From the NCBI GenBank assembly GCA_963698225.1, contig CAVOPW010000003.1, forward strand, positions 24,482 to 88,481: 64,000 nt of DNA, written 5' to 3'. Positions within the stretch are counted from its first letter, which is position 1; each line of letters opens with the position of its first letter. The translations under genes and the position numbers were made by a program. The notes under the pieces were generated by a model. That model saw nothing but the letters and a program-made list of their open reading frames with translations, was not told the DNA's origin and ran no database searches. The DNA comes from an uncultured bacterium. Its GTDB lineage: Bacteria; Zixibacteria; MSB-5A5; CAIYYT01. Shown here in pieces: positions 40,365 to 50,414 of the stretch.

Positions 40365-41213
40365 TTATTTCTTGCCACCTGGCTGAACGGCAGCGCCGGC
40401 CTTAGTCGTATCGACATAGGGCACTTTCTTTGCCGGTGCTGGTCGCACCACCGGTACTGCAAGTTCCGTAGTCCCAAAAGTGACCGGTACCGTAAATCGC
40501 GTCTTTTCCGAGTCGCTCAGTTCGACAGTGAATGACTTTTTGAATTCGCTTTCGCTAAAGAGCTTAGCGACCTTGACTTTTATCTCCTTGGTCTTGCCCG
40601 GTTTCAATTCGTCCTCGGGGAGGGCGATTTCCAGGAAGCCGGTGGGCTGGCTCACCAGCTTCATTTTGACCGGAGCGGAAGACACGTTCTTTACGATTAG
40701 TTTCTGTTCCTTTGCTTTGTCCTCGGCATTAAATTTCAGTTTGCTGGACGAAAGACTGACCGTCGACATCGAATCCGGGAACGCACCGTTATAGATCTTT
40801 ACATTCAATCGCACCTGAAACGACGCGCGGTCATTATCGTTGCACGTAACGGTTGCACTTTTCGCGAGGATACCCCGCTGCGACTCCGCAGCATGAAATA
40901 TCAATTCAACCGAGCCGCTGTCACCGACAGCGATCACCTCTTTTTGCAGAGGTGCCTTGGTACAGCCTCAGCCAGGGCGGACGCTGAGGATCTTGAGTGA
41001 ATCCTCACCGCGGCTGTGGAGCCAATATGCATGGCTGACATAAGCGTCGCTGGGAATCCAACCGAATTGAAAGTCCGTGTTGTCAATATACAGTTTGGCC
41101 TTGCTTGGCGGAACTGCGGGGGGCGCAGTCGGCGCCGGTTGAGCGGGCGTCTGGGCCGGAGCGATACCGCACAAGAGCAGGATCATTGTCCCAATACCGA
41201 CGAATTTCTTCAA
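40365..41213 (-). CDS. Secreted DUF1573/ASH-like protein, paralog B, interrupted by an in-frame TGA at 40968-40970 at the first Cys of the CGC motif
   Basis: MKKFVGIGTMILLLCGIAPAQ...FQFGWIPSDAYVSHAYWLHSRGEDSLKILSVRPG-TGA-GCTKAPLQKEVIAVGDSGSVELIF.... It is colinear with paralog A across the stop. This is a nonsense substitution, not an indel. Confidence 0.65.
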
Positions 41214-41293
41214 GTCATCCTCCGAAATAAATAGCCGTAATATGACATTCTAATATCAAAAGTGAAAACTGTCAAGGCTCAATCTCCCGTTGC

Positions 41294-42034
41294 TTACGAA
41301 CCTTTCTGCAGATTCGCCTTGGCGGAGCTCAATGACTCGGCGACCCGGACCGGGATCGTGTAGCGGCTCTTGGATGCGTCATTGAACTCGATCGTAAACG
41401 ACTTTGTGTAGTTCTTCTGTGGCGGAGCGGTCTTCATCTTCACCAGGATTTTTCCGATCCCGGTCGGCGGAACCGGGACTTTCGGCATCTCCAGGGAGAG
41501 GACTTCCGCGGGCCAGATTATCGCGCGCGGAAGAACGTCCTCGCGCGTACGATTCTCAAACTCTACTACAATCGTCTTGCCAAAGTCGGCGTTGGTGAGG
41601 TTCAACTTCTCATTCCTGGTGATCTTTACGGGTCCGATCGCCTCTTTGTCCTCATGGACGTACCCGGTAAACGCCAACTCGAGGGAACTGCTGACTGGAT
41701 CATTGCAACTGACGTTGACTGTCTTGTTTTGCGAAAGGCGGCGGGTGCCGATGTCAAAAACCACTTCGATAGGGACGCTATCGTTGACCGCGATGGCTCC
41801 GGTCGGATTATTCGTCTTAGTACAACCGCAGCTTACCTGGACGCTGTGAATGCGCAGACTGTCGGTGCCGATATTATTGATCCAGAAGGTATGTGATACC
41901 TTTGCATTCTGCGGCATATAACCCATATCGAATCTCGGTTCGACGACCAACGCCTTTGGTCCCCGTTGCTGTGCGAAGATGACGCCTGTACCGAGGGCAA
42001 TCACCATACCCAACAATAAGTATCTGGTGTTCAT
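41294..42034 (-). CDS. Secreted DUF1573/ASH-like protein, paralog C
   Basis: Signal peptide MNTRYLLLGMVIALGTGVIFAQ...FDMGYMPQNAKVSHTFWINNIGTDSLRIHSVQVSCGCTKT.... Confidence 0.7.
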   Translation of the reverse strand: MNTRYLLLGMVIALGTGVIFAQQRGPKALVVEPRFDMGYMPQNAKVSHTFWINNIGTDSLRIHSVQVSCGCTKTNNPTGAIAVNDSVPIEVVFDIGTRRLSQNKTVNVSCNDPVSSSLELAFTGYVHEDKEAIGPVKITRNEKLNLTNADFGKTIVVEFENRTREDVLPRAIIWPAEVLSLEMPKVPVPPTGIGKILVKMKTAPPQKNYTKSFTIEFNDASKSRYTIPVRVAESLSSAKANLQKGS

Positions 42035-42069
42035 TCTTACTCCTAAATATTGAATTCGCTAACCGACAA

Positions 42070-42810
42070 TTAGCGGGTTATGGAAATCGGTATCGTGAAT
42101 CGTGATTGCTTTTGATCATTGAAGACGATCGTGACCGACTCGTCCAATCTGTCCTCGCTGACCGAACCAGCTTTCAGCCTTATCTTCATAACTTCCGTTT
42201 TGCCGGGAGTTATCTGCCGGTAGGGCATCTCGACCTCCAGAAATTGCGCTTTGCCCCCTTCCGCAAGTCTAGGCATGATGTTCTGGCGTGTGTTGTTTCG
42301 AATCTCAATTGCGCCCTCAACAGCAACTTGATCTTTCTTCAAGTGTACCACAGATGGAGTAACCACTATCGGCGGTTGGGGGTCGTCGGTCTTGAGGTTA
42401 AAGCCCATCAGAGTGACTGTAAGCCTTGGCGTTTCCGGACTATCCGTATAAAACACCGGAGCCTTCTGAAAGAGACCCTGTCGAATCTTGTTTGTTTCCA
42501 GCAGAATCTCGACTTCGAGAGATTCGCCCGGAGCGAGCTCTTTCTTCTTAAGGGGAATCTGAGTGCATCCGCACCCCGGAACAACGCTGGTGATCTTGAC
42601 GATGGCATCGCATTGATTGACCAAAGTTGCCCGATGCTTAATTGTAGTGCCATAGGGGACGTAACCAAAGTCAAACCGACCGCCAATCAGTTCCACATCC
42701 TCTTTGGCTTGAGCCGTTACAGAGAACACCAAGCCGATCAGGAGTATTAGCGAGGCCCCGACAAACCGGCTTCCAAAGCTCTCAGACTTAAACCAGACAT
42801 GCGACGACAA
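42070..42810 (-). CDS. Secreted DUF1573/ASH-like protein, paralog D
   Basis: Signal peptide then ...FDFGYVPYGTTIKHRATLVNQCDAIVKITSVVPGCGCTQIPL.... Start could be at a later Met. Confidence 0.7.
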   Translation of the reverse strand: MSSHVWFKSESFGSRFVGASLILLIGLVFSVTAQAKEDVELIGGRFDFGYVPYGTTIKHRATLVNQCDAIVKITSVVPGCGCTQIPLKKKELAPGESLEVEILLETNKIRQGLFQKAPVFYTDSPETPRLTVTLMGFNLKTDDPQPPIVVTPSVVHLKKDQVAVEGAIEIRNNTRQNIMPRLAEGGKAQFLEVEMPYRQITPGKTEVMKIRLKAGSVSEDRLDESVTIVFNDQKQSRFTIPISITR

Positions 42811-42923
42811 AGCTAAACCTCTGTTGAATCAATCATTACCGCAGTTTTCGGCCAATTTGTAGTTTTATACAAGCCGGCAAGCAATAGAGATACAGTTTTT
42901 TTGAAAATTATCGATAAAAAAGA

Positions 42924-42954
42924 TTGACGACTGCACACGCGTGCAGTATGAATA
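42924..42954 (+). promoter_or_regulatory. lexA promoter (TTGACG-N17-TATGAAT) with an embedded palindromic candidate LexA operator CTGCAC-N4-GTGCAG
   Basis: TTGACGaCTGCACacgcGTGCAGTATGAAT. Near-consensus -35 and -10 elements with 17-nt spacing. The spacer contains a 6+6 perfect inverted repeat. Located 35-65 nt upstream of the lexA ATG. Confidence 0.5.
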
Positions 42955-42988
42955 GGTGAGGGGGGTCCATAAATCTGAGGAGGTTACA

Positions 42989-43606
42989 ATGTCGCCCTAC
43001 GAAGACCTGACCGATAGGCAGCGCGAGGTCTATCGATACATCGAGGAACGAATCAACCGCGCGGGGCGACCTCCGACAATCCGTGAAATTGGCGAAGCGT
43101 TTGGGCTTAGTTCAACCAATGCGGTTCGTGACCTGATAAAGGCTCTGATCAGAAAAGGATATATCGAGAAATCGGCGGCCGTATCACGCGGTATACGCTT
43201 GGTGAAGGAGAGTATCGCTGATGCGGTCATGGTTCCGCTGGTCGGCGAAGTACCGGCCGGCCAACCTATGCTTGCGGAGGAAAACATCACCGAGCGAATT
43301 GTGGTCGATCGTTCTTTTCTGCCTTCGGGCGATCTATTCACTCTCAAAGTGAAGGGGGAGAGCATGAAGAATGCCGGTATTTTTGATGGTGATTTCGTCT
43401 TGGTAAAGAAGCAATCATCTGCCGAGCCCGGCGACATCGTTGTAGCAGTGATTGGTGACGAGGCGACAGTCAAACGATTCTTTCCCGAGAAGCGGCGAGT
43501 GCGGCTTGAGCCGGAAAATGAGGCGTTTGGACCGATCATTGTAGAGAAAAATGCGCCGGGATTTTATCTTGCCGGAAAGGTGGTCGGGTTGATGCGACGG
43601 ATGTAA
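42989..43606 (+). CDS. lexA: LexA repressor (SOS regulator, S24 peptidase)
   Basis: N-terminal winged HTH (LTDRQREVYRYIEERI...PTIREIGEAFGLSS), cleavage site AVM|VPLVGEVPAG, catalytic Ser (GESM) and Lys (LVKKQ). GAGGAGG RBS before the ATG. Track ORF 42956 is extended 5'. Confidence 0.9.
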   Translation: MSPYEDLTDRQREVYRYIEERINRAGRPPTIREIGEAFGLSSTNAVRDLIKALIRKGYIEKSAAVSRGIRLVKESIADAVMVPLVGEVPAGQPMLAEENITERIVVDRSFLPSGDLFTLKVKGESMKNAGIFDGDFVLVKKQSSAEPGDIVVAVIGDEATVKRFFPEKRRVRLEPENEAFGPIIVEKNAPGFYLAGKVVGLMRRM

Positions 43607-43650
43607 CATCCCCGAACTCTCCTCCCCCGGCAAACTTTATAGAGAATCAT

Positions 43651-43899
43651 ATGTACCAGAATCTTGATGACGAAATCGAAGTAATCGCCGTGTTCGAGCG
43701 CCGAAATCTCAAGCCATGTAGGTTTCGCTGGCGCGGCAAGACATACAAGATTGATCGCATCACTGGTGACTGGACGTCGGATGTCGGCCAGGCGAAACTA
43801 CGCTACTTCGCGATAGTGGATTCGACCTCCAATTTCTTCCAGTTATGTTACGACGAGCGTGCGTTAAGTTGGACGATCGCAAAGGTGTGGGTGGAATAG
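43651..43899 (+). CDS. Small hypothetical protein immediately downstream of lexA
   Basis: 82-aa ORF preceded by an AGAGAA-like RBS. No recognisable domain. Possibly co-transcribed with lexA. Confidence 0.45.
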   Translation: MYQNLDDEIEVIAVFERRNLKPCRFRWRGKTYKIDRITGDWTSDVGQAKLRYFAIVDSTSNFFQLCYDERALSWTIAKVWVE

Positions 43900-43930
43900 G
43901 TGTGTTGACCGCCGTTTCGGGACTGTATCG

Positions 43931-45364
43931 TTAAGTCCTGCTTTTCGGTTTCTTCACGGGCGGTTGGCCGATGATCCCCAGTTTGTTGAGCCCATTCAGC
44001 GCGGCAGTTTTATAGGCATCCGCAATTGTGGGGTAATTAAAAACAGTGTCTGAAAAGTAATCAATTGTACCGCCAAATGACATGACGGCTTGGCCGATGT
44101 GGATGATCTCGGTTGCGCGTTCGCCGATGATATGCACGCCCAGTAGTTTGCGAGTATTGCGGTCAAAGATCAGTTTCAAGATGCCGTCGTGGTCATTGTT
44201 GATTTGACCGCGCGGCAATTCAAAAAAGTGGGCAACGCCGGTTTCGAAGGCGCGATTCTTGTTTTGTAGTGATTCCTCGGTCTCACCGACATAGGAAATC
44301 TCTGGAATAGTGTAGATGCCAAAGGGCAGCGGCACCTTCTTGCGGGTCTTGGCGTTGCCGCCAAATGCCGACAATGTCGCGCGGCGGCCCTGATCCATCG
44401 AAGTTGATGCGAGCGAAGGGAATCCGATCACATCACCGACAGCATAAACGTTTTTCACTTTAGTGCGGAAGTTGCCGTCGACCGCAACGATTTGGTAGCT
44501 GTCCGTCGTCAATCCAATTTTGTCAAGTCCGAGTCGATCGGTATTGCCGAGTCTGCCGGCGGTGACGAGCAAGACATCCGATTTGACGATCTTACCGTTT
44601 TCGAGCGTGAGCGTGACGCCATCATCTTCGACGACGATCTTGCTGGCCGCGGATCCGAGCTCCATCTCGATTCCGCCGTCGCTCATCAATTCGAAGAGCG
44701 TGCAGGCAAACTTGGCATCGAGGAAGCTTAGGAGTCGGTCACGCTTGTCAATAAGAGTGACCTTGATGTCGAGTTTGGAAAAGATACTTGCCCACTCGCA
44801 GCCGATAACGCCGCCTCCGAGAATCGCCATTCGCTCGGGAATGTGCTGCAGATCGAGAATCGACTCACCGTCGAAAACGCGCTTGCTGTCGTAGTGCAAG
44901 CCCGGAAGATGCATTGGTCGTGTGCCGGTAGCGATAACGACGAACTCGGTTTCAAGTTCAGCAATTTGGGTTTCTCCTTGAAAGACACCGAGTCTGTGGG
45001 GATCGAGGAATCGGGCGACACCTCCGAAAAGCGAGATGCCGTTGCGATGCAGTTGGTCGATAATGACCATCATTTCGTTCTCGACGACGATATTCTTGCG
45101 ATGCATCAACTCTTGAATCGTGACATTCTTCTTGAAGGCGATCTCAAACCCATAAAAAGAGCGTTTTTTGAGGCCGTCGTAGTATAGCGAAGTTTCGCGC
45201 AGAGTCTTGGAAGGGAGGGTCCCAGTGTGAACGCAAACTCCGCCGACCACTGCGTTTTTTTCCACAATGGCAGACTTTTTCCCGAGTTTGCAGGCCTGGA
45301 TCGCAGCCCAGTTTCCGGCGGGACCCGAACCGATGACGACAACATCAAACTTATCTCTAATCAT
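43931..45364 (-). CDS. sthA: FAD-dependent pyridine nucleotide-disulfide oxidoreductase, probably soluble pyridine nucleotide transhydrogenase (SthA-like)
   Basis: FAD site DVVVIGSGPAG. GGVCVHTGTLPSK has a single Cys, like SthA rather than the Lpd CxxxxC. NAD site ILGGGVIGCEWA. C-terminal dimerisation domain with ...HIIGERATEIIH.... Confidence 0.75.
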   Translation of the reverse strand: MIRDKFDVVVIGSGPAGNWAAIQACKLGKKSAIVEKNAVVGGVCVHTGTLPSKTLRETSLYYDGLKKRSFYGFEIAFKKNVTIQELMHRKNIVVENEMMVIIDQLHRNGISLFGGVARFLDPHRLGVFQGETQIAELETEFVVIATGTRPMHLPGLHYDSKRVFDGESILDLQHIPERMAILGGGVIGCEWASIFSKLDIKVTLIDKRDRLLSFLDAKFACTLFELMSDGGIEMELGSAASKIVVEDDGVTLTLENGKIVKSDVLLVTAGRLGNTDRLGLDKIGLTTDSYQIVAVDGNFRTKVKNVYAVGDVIGFPSLASTSMDQGRRATLSAFGGNAKTRKKVPLPFGIYTIPEISYVGETEESLQNKNRAFETGVAHFFELPRGQINNDHDGILKLIFDRNTRKLLGVHIIGERATEIIHIGQAVMSFGGTIDYFSDTVFNYPTIADAYKTAALNGLNKLGIIGQPPVKKPKSRT

Positions 45365-45583
45365 GACAGCAATATACGGCGATTGTATTTGATTGACAAA
45401 TGCTCTGTGTATGACGGCGCATATTCGACCAAATCGGCGGTTGGGCGGAGGTTGTGCCGTTTCGGCGCGCGGAAGTTGTTGCGGCGCAAGCGAAATCGCG
45501 CGTATTATTTTTGTTGCGCCCGGCAGGGGAATTTCGTATCATATCCAATTCCCACGGTCCGTGCCGTGGAATTTGTTTTTAAG

Positions 45584-46045
45584 ATGAAGAGTTCGTATCA
45601 GATAGAGATAGAGGGAAAACTGACGGCGATTGTCGAGCCGGTCGTTTTGGAGGCGGGGGCCGAACTGGTCGAACTTCAGTTAGTTCCGCGAAAGTCGAGC
45701 GCATTGCTCAGGCTCCTGGTGGACAAGCCGGGTGGAATCACGTTGGATGATTGCACTCTAATTTCCCGCGGAGTATCGTTTCTGCTGGAAACGGCTGATC
45801 CGCTGGAGGGGCGGTATACGTTGGAAGTGTCGTCTCCGGGATTGGACCGGCCGCTAACGACAGAAGCGGATTTTCGGCGCAAGATCGGCGAAGAGATAAA
45901 ATTGTTCCTGAAAGAGGATGAACGGACTGTAGAAGTCGGGGGCGAGATTATGAAAGTGGAAGACAAGCGTCTGACTCTAATGACAGCAGAGGGAGAGAAG
46001 GATTTTCCTCTGGAGAACGTCGTGAGGGGCAAGATAATATTTTGA
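45584..46045 (+). CDS. rimP: Ribosome maturation factor RimP
   Basis: 153 aa. ...LVELQLVPRKSSALLRLLVDKPGGITLDDC...LEVSSPGLDRPL is RimP-like. Precedes nusA. Confidence 0.85.
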   Translation: MKSSYQIEIEGKLTAIVEPVVLEAGAELVELQLVPRKSSALLRLLVDKPGGITLDDCTLISRGVSFLLETADPLEGRYTLEVSSPGLDRPLTTEADFRRKIGEEIKLFLKEDERTVEVGGEIMKVEDKRLTLMTAEGEKDFPLENVVRGKIIF

Positions 46046-46060
46046 TCCTATTCGGAGAGT

Positions 46061-47458
46061 TTGATGGAGTATAATGTCATCGAGGCGCTCAACCAGATCG
46101 CCGCTGAAAAGAACATGGAGATCGATTATGTGATCGATACTCTGAAGTCTTCGCTGGTCACAGCCGCCAAGAAGAAATACGGCGATGGCGACAATATCAC
46201 GGTAGACATCGACCGGAAGAGCGGCGACATTAAGATGCATGCGGTGAAGATGGTCGTTGAGTCGGTGGATAATCCTTACACGGAGATTTCCTTGCTCGAT
46301 GCGCTTGACATTGATGACAGCGCTGAAGTCGGCGATGAAGTCGAAATCGATATCCCGTTTGAAGAGTTTGGCCGCAACGCGATTGCCTCGGCCAAGCAGA
46401 TCCTGATTCAGAAGGTGCGCGAAGCTGAGCGCGAAACTGTTTACAACGAATACTCCAAGAAAATCGGCGAGTTGGTGACCGGATCCGTGCAGCAGGTTGA
46501 CAAGGGGAATATCATCGTCAACCTGGGGCGTGCGGAAGCTGTGATACCAATTAAAGAGCAGATATCCAAGGAGAAGTACCGGCAGGGTGACCGGGTGCGG
46601 GCCATCATCAGCGAAGTGCAGAAGCAGCAGCGCGGTCCGCAGGTTATTTTGTCGCGCGCCAGTAATTCATTCTTGATTAGACTGTTTGAGTTGGAAGTGC
46701 CGGAAATATTCGAACGCATCATCGAGATCCGCGCCGTTGCGCGCGAACCCGGGGAACGAGCTAAAGTCGCAGTGAGTTCTGCCGATGAGCGCATCGATCC
46801 AGTCGGCGCTTGCGTCGGTGTCAAAGGTGTACGGGTGCAGGCGATCGTGCGCGAACTCAACAATGAGCGCATCGACATCGTGCCGTATCATCCGGATCCG
46901 GAGATTTTTGTTACGCGTGCGCTTGCTCCAACCAAGGTCGTTCGCATCGAAGCCGTCTCCGAGGAGAACACGATGGTGATTGTCGTGGAAGACGACCAGT
47001 TGTCGCTGGCGATCGGTAAAGGCGGACAGAACGCCCGTTTGGCGGCCAAGTTGACCGGTTGGAAAGTGAATATCCTCTCCGAGACCGATTTCTTCGACAA
47101 GAAGCGCGAAGAGGCAGAATCGAAGGTGGAGGTTTCCAAGCTTTCTATTGGCGAAGCGACCATCAAGAAATTGATTGAGAGCGATTACAAGTTCATACAA
47201 GATATTCTTGAAGTGCCGGCGTCGCGCCTGACGGAGATCGAAGGTATCGGACCGAAAAAGGCCGACCAGATCATCGAAGCCGCCCGTGAATATATTTTCC
47301 AGCTGCAGGCGAACAAAGCCGAGGCCGACCAGCTTGAGGGCGAAGAGGAAGAAGTGCTGGATCAGCCGAAGAAGAAGAAGGGCCCAAAGAGTATCAAAGA
47401 CCTTTTTGTCGACGACGATAAGATCGACGACGATGCGGGTGGAGACAAAGAGAAATAG
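46061..47458 (+). CDS. nusA: Transcription termination/antitermination protein NusA
   Basis: NTD, S1 domain (GELVTGSVQQVDKGNIIVNLG) and KH1/KH2 (GACVGVKGVRVQAIVREL, LAIGKGGQNARLAAKLTGWKVNI), with an acidic C-terminal tail. Confidence 0.92.
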   Translation: MMEYNVIEALNQIAAEKNMEIDYVIDTLKSSLVTAAKKKYGDGDNITVDIDRKSGDIKMHAVKMVVESVDNPYTEISLLDALDIDDSAEVGDEVEIDIPFEEFGRNAIASAKQILIQKVREAERETVYNEYSKKIGELVTGSVQQVDKGNIIVNLGRAEAVIPIKEQISKEKYRQGDRVRAIISEVQKQQRGPQVILSRASNSFLIRLFELEVPEIFERIIEIRAVAREPGERAKVAVSSADERIDPVGACVGVKGVRVQAIVRELNNERIDIVPYHPDPEIFVTRALAPTKVVRIEAVSEENTMVIVVEDDQLSLAIGKGGQNARLAAKLTGWKVNILSETDFFDKKREEAESKVEVSKLSIGEATIKKLIESDYKFIQDILEVPASRLTEIEGIGPKKADQIIEAAREYIFQLQANKAEADQLEGEEEEVLDQPKKKKGPKSIKDLFVDDDKIDDDAGGDKEK

Positions 47459-47521
47459 TAACAGTGCCGACGGGCCGGTTGAGGTGGATCAGGGATGGTT
47501 CCTCGACAGTGAAAGTGGAGC

Positions 47522-49756
47522 ATGGGTAAGAAGCGTTTATACGAAGTTGCCAAAGACTACAATATCTCTTCCGACGCGATCGTCAAGCTGGTCCGCGAGC
47601 TTGGGTTTGAAGTCAAGTCGCATATGTCGACAGCCGACGATGACGTGCTGGCTGCAATCGCGCTGAAGTTTTCGGCCGAAAAGGAATCCGTCAAACTGGA
47701 GATTGATCGGCGCAAGAAGATCCAGCAGGATGCAGCGGAGAAGGTTCTTGAAGTGTTCGAAGAAGCCGAAGCCGCGGGTACGGAGAAGATCGTCTCCAAG
47801 CCGCAGATTATCGAGCGCAATGCACGGCAACTGACACAGCTCCGGAAGAAGAAACGCGATCGCAAGAAGAAGAAACGCCATACTGACATCAACGTTGCCG
47901 ACGTAAAGGCCGCGGTCAAGAAGACGATGGCCAAGATCGATCTCGGCAAGCGCGTCAAGAAGTACAAGCGCCGTGAAAAGCCCGATGGCACAGTGGTCGA
48001 AGAGGAGACAAATGTAATTCAGGTTACCGAGTTCATGTCACTGGCGGAACTGGCGGCCATCATTGGAGTGAAGCCGGCCGACTTAATTGCCAAGTGCATG
48101 GAGCTGGGCATGATGGTGACCATCAATCAGCGGCTCGACTTGACGACGATCGAAACCCTCGCGCTCGAGTACACTCTCGAGATTGAAGAGGTGAAGGAGA
48201 TCGGGATCGAGGAAGAGGAAGAGGATGAAGAGGATGACGGTGAGCAGAAGCCGCGTGCTCCCATTGTTACCATCATGGGCCATGTCGATCACGGCAAGAC
48301 TTCACTGCTTGATTTTATCCGCAAGAGTAATGTTGCGGCGGGCGAATCGGGCCTGATTACGCAGCATATTGGCGCGTACCAGGTGGCGACGCCGTCCGGC
48401 GAGATTACATTCCTTGATACGCCAGGCCATGAAGCATTTACCGCGATGCGCGCCCGCGGCGCCCATATCACCGACATTGTGGTTGTGGTCGTGGCTGCCG
48501 ACGACGGTGTCATGCCCCAGACGATTGAGGCCGTGGATCATGCGCGCGCTGCGGATGTTCCCATCATTGTCGCGATCAATAAGATGGATAAGCCGGGAGC
48601 CAAACCAGACCACATCAAGCAGCAGCTTGCCGGGCGAAATCTCGTTCCGGAAGAATGGGGCGGCAAGACCATATACGTCGAGGTGTCGGCCAAAACCGGC
48701 GCTGGTGTCGAGAAGCTGATGGAAATGATACTGCTTCAGGCCGAAGTCCTCGAGTTGACGAGCAATCCGGATCATTTGGCGCGCGGTACGGTAGTCGAAG
48801 CGAAGCTTGACAAGGGCCGCGGTGTCGTCGCGACGATCATCGTCGACAAGGGCACGCTCTATGTTGGGGATCCAATTGTAGCGGGTAATTTCGCCGGGCG
48901 CGTACGAGCGCTGATTAATGACAAGGGTGAGAAGCAGGAACAGGTCCTGCCGGGCGAACCGTCGCAGGTGGTCGGATTGTCGGGAGTTCCCCAGGCGGGC
49001 GATTCATTCATGGCGGTCGGCAGCGAGTCCGAGGCGCGCGAGATTTCTCTCAAGCGCCAGCAGATCAAGCGCGAACAGGAATATCGCCAGATCAAGCGAG
49101 TCAGCTTGATGAACGTTTATGATCAGATCAAAGAGGGCCAAATCAAAGATCTCAATATCGTGATCAAGGGCGATGTCGATGGCTCTGTGCAGGTATTGCG
49201 CGACACTCTGGAAAAAATCAGCACATCGGAAGTGCGGGTCAACGTAATTCATCACGGCGTCGGCGCAATCACTGAATCTGATATCCTCCTGGCGGCCGCC
49301 TCCGACGCGATTGTCATCGGATTCCATGTGCGACCCGATTCGCGTGCCCGGGAAGTGGCGGCGCGCGAAAAGATTGATGTTCGTCTGTATACGATCATTT
49401 ATGAAGCCGAAAACGATATCCGCAAAGCCCTCGAGGGCCTGCTCGAACCGGATCATGAAGAGCGCATCACCGGTGTCGCCATGGTGAAAGACTTGTTCCG
49501 CGTGCCCAAGGTCGGTGTCATTGCCGGCTGTTCAGTGCAATCGGGTATTATCCACAAAAGCGATCGGGCGCGCATTATCCGCGACAGCATCGCCATCTAT
49601 ACCGGCAATATTCACTCGCTGCGCCGATTCAAGGATGACGCGCGTGAAGTGGCGGCGGGCCTGGAATGCGGAATCAAAGTCGAGAACTATGACGATGTCA
49701 AGGAAGGCGATTTGATCGAGGCCTTCGAGACGGTGGAGATTGCCCGCAAGCTTTAA
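47522..49756 (+). CDS. infB: Translation initiation factor IF-2
   Basis: G domain [20 protein letters not shown] and NKMD. Lys/Arg-rich N-terminal region. Conserved C-terminal domains. Confidence 0.95.
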   Translation: MGKKRLYEVAKDYNISSDAIVKLVRELGFEVKSHMSTADDDVLAAIALKFSAEKESVKLEIDRRKKIQQDAAEKVLEVFEEAEAAGTEKIVSKPQIIERNARQLTQLRKKKRDRKKKKRHTDINVADVKAAVKKTMAKIDLGKRVKKYKRREKPDGTVVEEETNVIQVTEFMSLAELAAIIGVKPADLIAKCMELGMMVTINQRLDLTTIETLALEYTLEIEEVKEIGIEEEEEDEEDDGEQKPRAPIVTIMGHVDHGKTSLLDFIRKSNVAAGESGLITQHIGAYQVATPSGEITFLDTPGHEAFTAMRARGAHITDIVVVVVAADDGVMPQTIEAVDHARAADVPIIVAINKMDKPGAKPDHIKQQLAGRNLVPEEWGGKTIYVEVSAKTGAGVEKLMEMILLQAEVLELTSNPDHLARGTVVEAKLDKGRGVVATIIVDKGTLYVGDPIVAGNFAGRVRALINDKGEKQEQVLPGEPSQVVGLSGVPQAGDSFMAVGSESEAREISLKRQQIKREQEYRQIKRVSLMNVYDQIKEGQIKDLNIVIKGDVDGSVQVLRDTLEKISTSEVRVNVIHHGVGAITESDILLAAASDAIVIGFHVRPDSRAREVAAREKIDVRLYTIIYEAENDIRKALEGLLEPDHEERITGVAMVKDLFRVPKVGVIAGCSVQSGIIHKSDRARIIRDSIAIYTGNIHSLRRFKDDAREVAAGLECGIKVENYDDVKEGDLIEAFETVEIARKL

Positions 49757-49761
49757 TACCA

Positions 49762-50043
49762 ATGTACCTCGGCACGCTTCGCATTGTACTACACATCCCG
49801 CAGTCGCGTTCACTGAAATCAAAACGCCATGTCATCAAAGCGATCAAGGACCGATTGAAGAACAAGTTTAACGTCTCAGTGGCCGAAGTCGACGATAACG
49901 ATCTGTGGCAGCGCGCGACACTCGGAGTCGCGATTGTAGCCAACGAAGGCCCGTTTTTAGACCAAGTGCTTTCGCAGGTGGAATCGTTTATCGCCTCTAA
50001 CCCGGAAGTCAACATCATTGATGTCGAGAGAATCGATTACTAA
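49762..50043 (+). CDS. DUF503-family protein (YlxP-like) between infB and rbfA
   Basis: MYLGTLRIVLHIPQSRSLKSKRHVIKAIKDRLKNKFNVSVAEVD... is typical of DUF503 at this conserved position. Confidence 0.8.
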   Translation: MYLGTLRIVLHIPQSRSLKSKRHVIKAIKDRLKNKFNVSVAEVDDNDLWQRATLGVAIVANEGPFLDQVLSQVESFIASNPEVNIIDVERIDY

Positions 50044-50414
50044 TGGCTGATCTCAAACGTACCGATCGTCTTCGCGTCCAGATCAAGGAAATCATTTCCG
50101 AAATCATCCAACGCAAGCTGAAGGATCCGCATGTCGGGATGATTACAATCACCGAAGTGACGGTGACTCGCGACTTAAGTGAAGCGGTCGTGTACTATTC
50201 CGTATTCGGCGACACGCTGGTGCGCAAAGAGACCAACAAGACGCTCGACCGGGCGCGAGGATTCATCCAGTCGGAGTTGGGCAAAATTCTGCATATTCGC
50301 CGGGTTCCGAGTTTGCGGTTTGAGATTGACAAGTCGATCGACCAGGGACTGCGGATACAGCACTTGCTTGATCAAATTCAAGAGAACAAGCCGGATGACA
50401 GCGAACCGAAATAG
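50043..50414 (+). CDS. rbfA: Ribosome-binding factor A
   Basis: RLRVQIKEIISEIIQRKLKDPHVGMITITEVTVTRDLSEAVVYYSV... and RRVPSLRFEID are RbfA signatures. Confidence 0.9.
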   Translation: MADLKRTDRLRVQIKEIISEIIQRKLKDPHVGMITITEVTVTRDLSEAVVYYSVFGDTLVRKETNKTLDRARGFIQSELGKILHIRRVPSLRFEIDKSIDQGLRIQHLLDQIQENKPDDSEPK

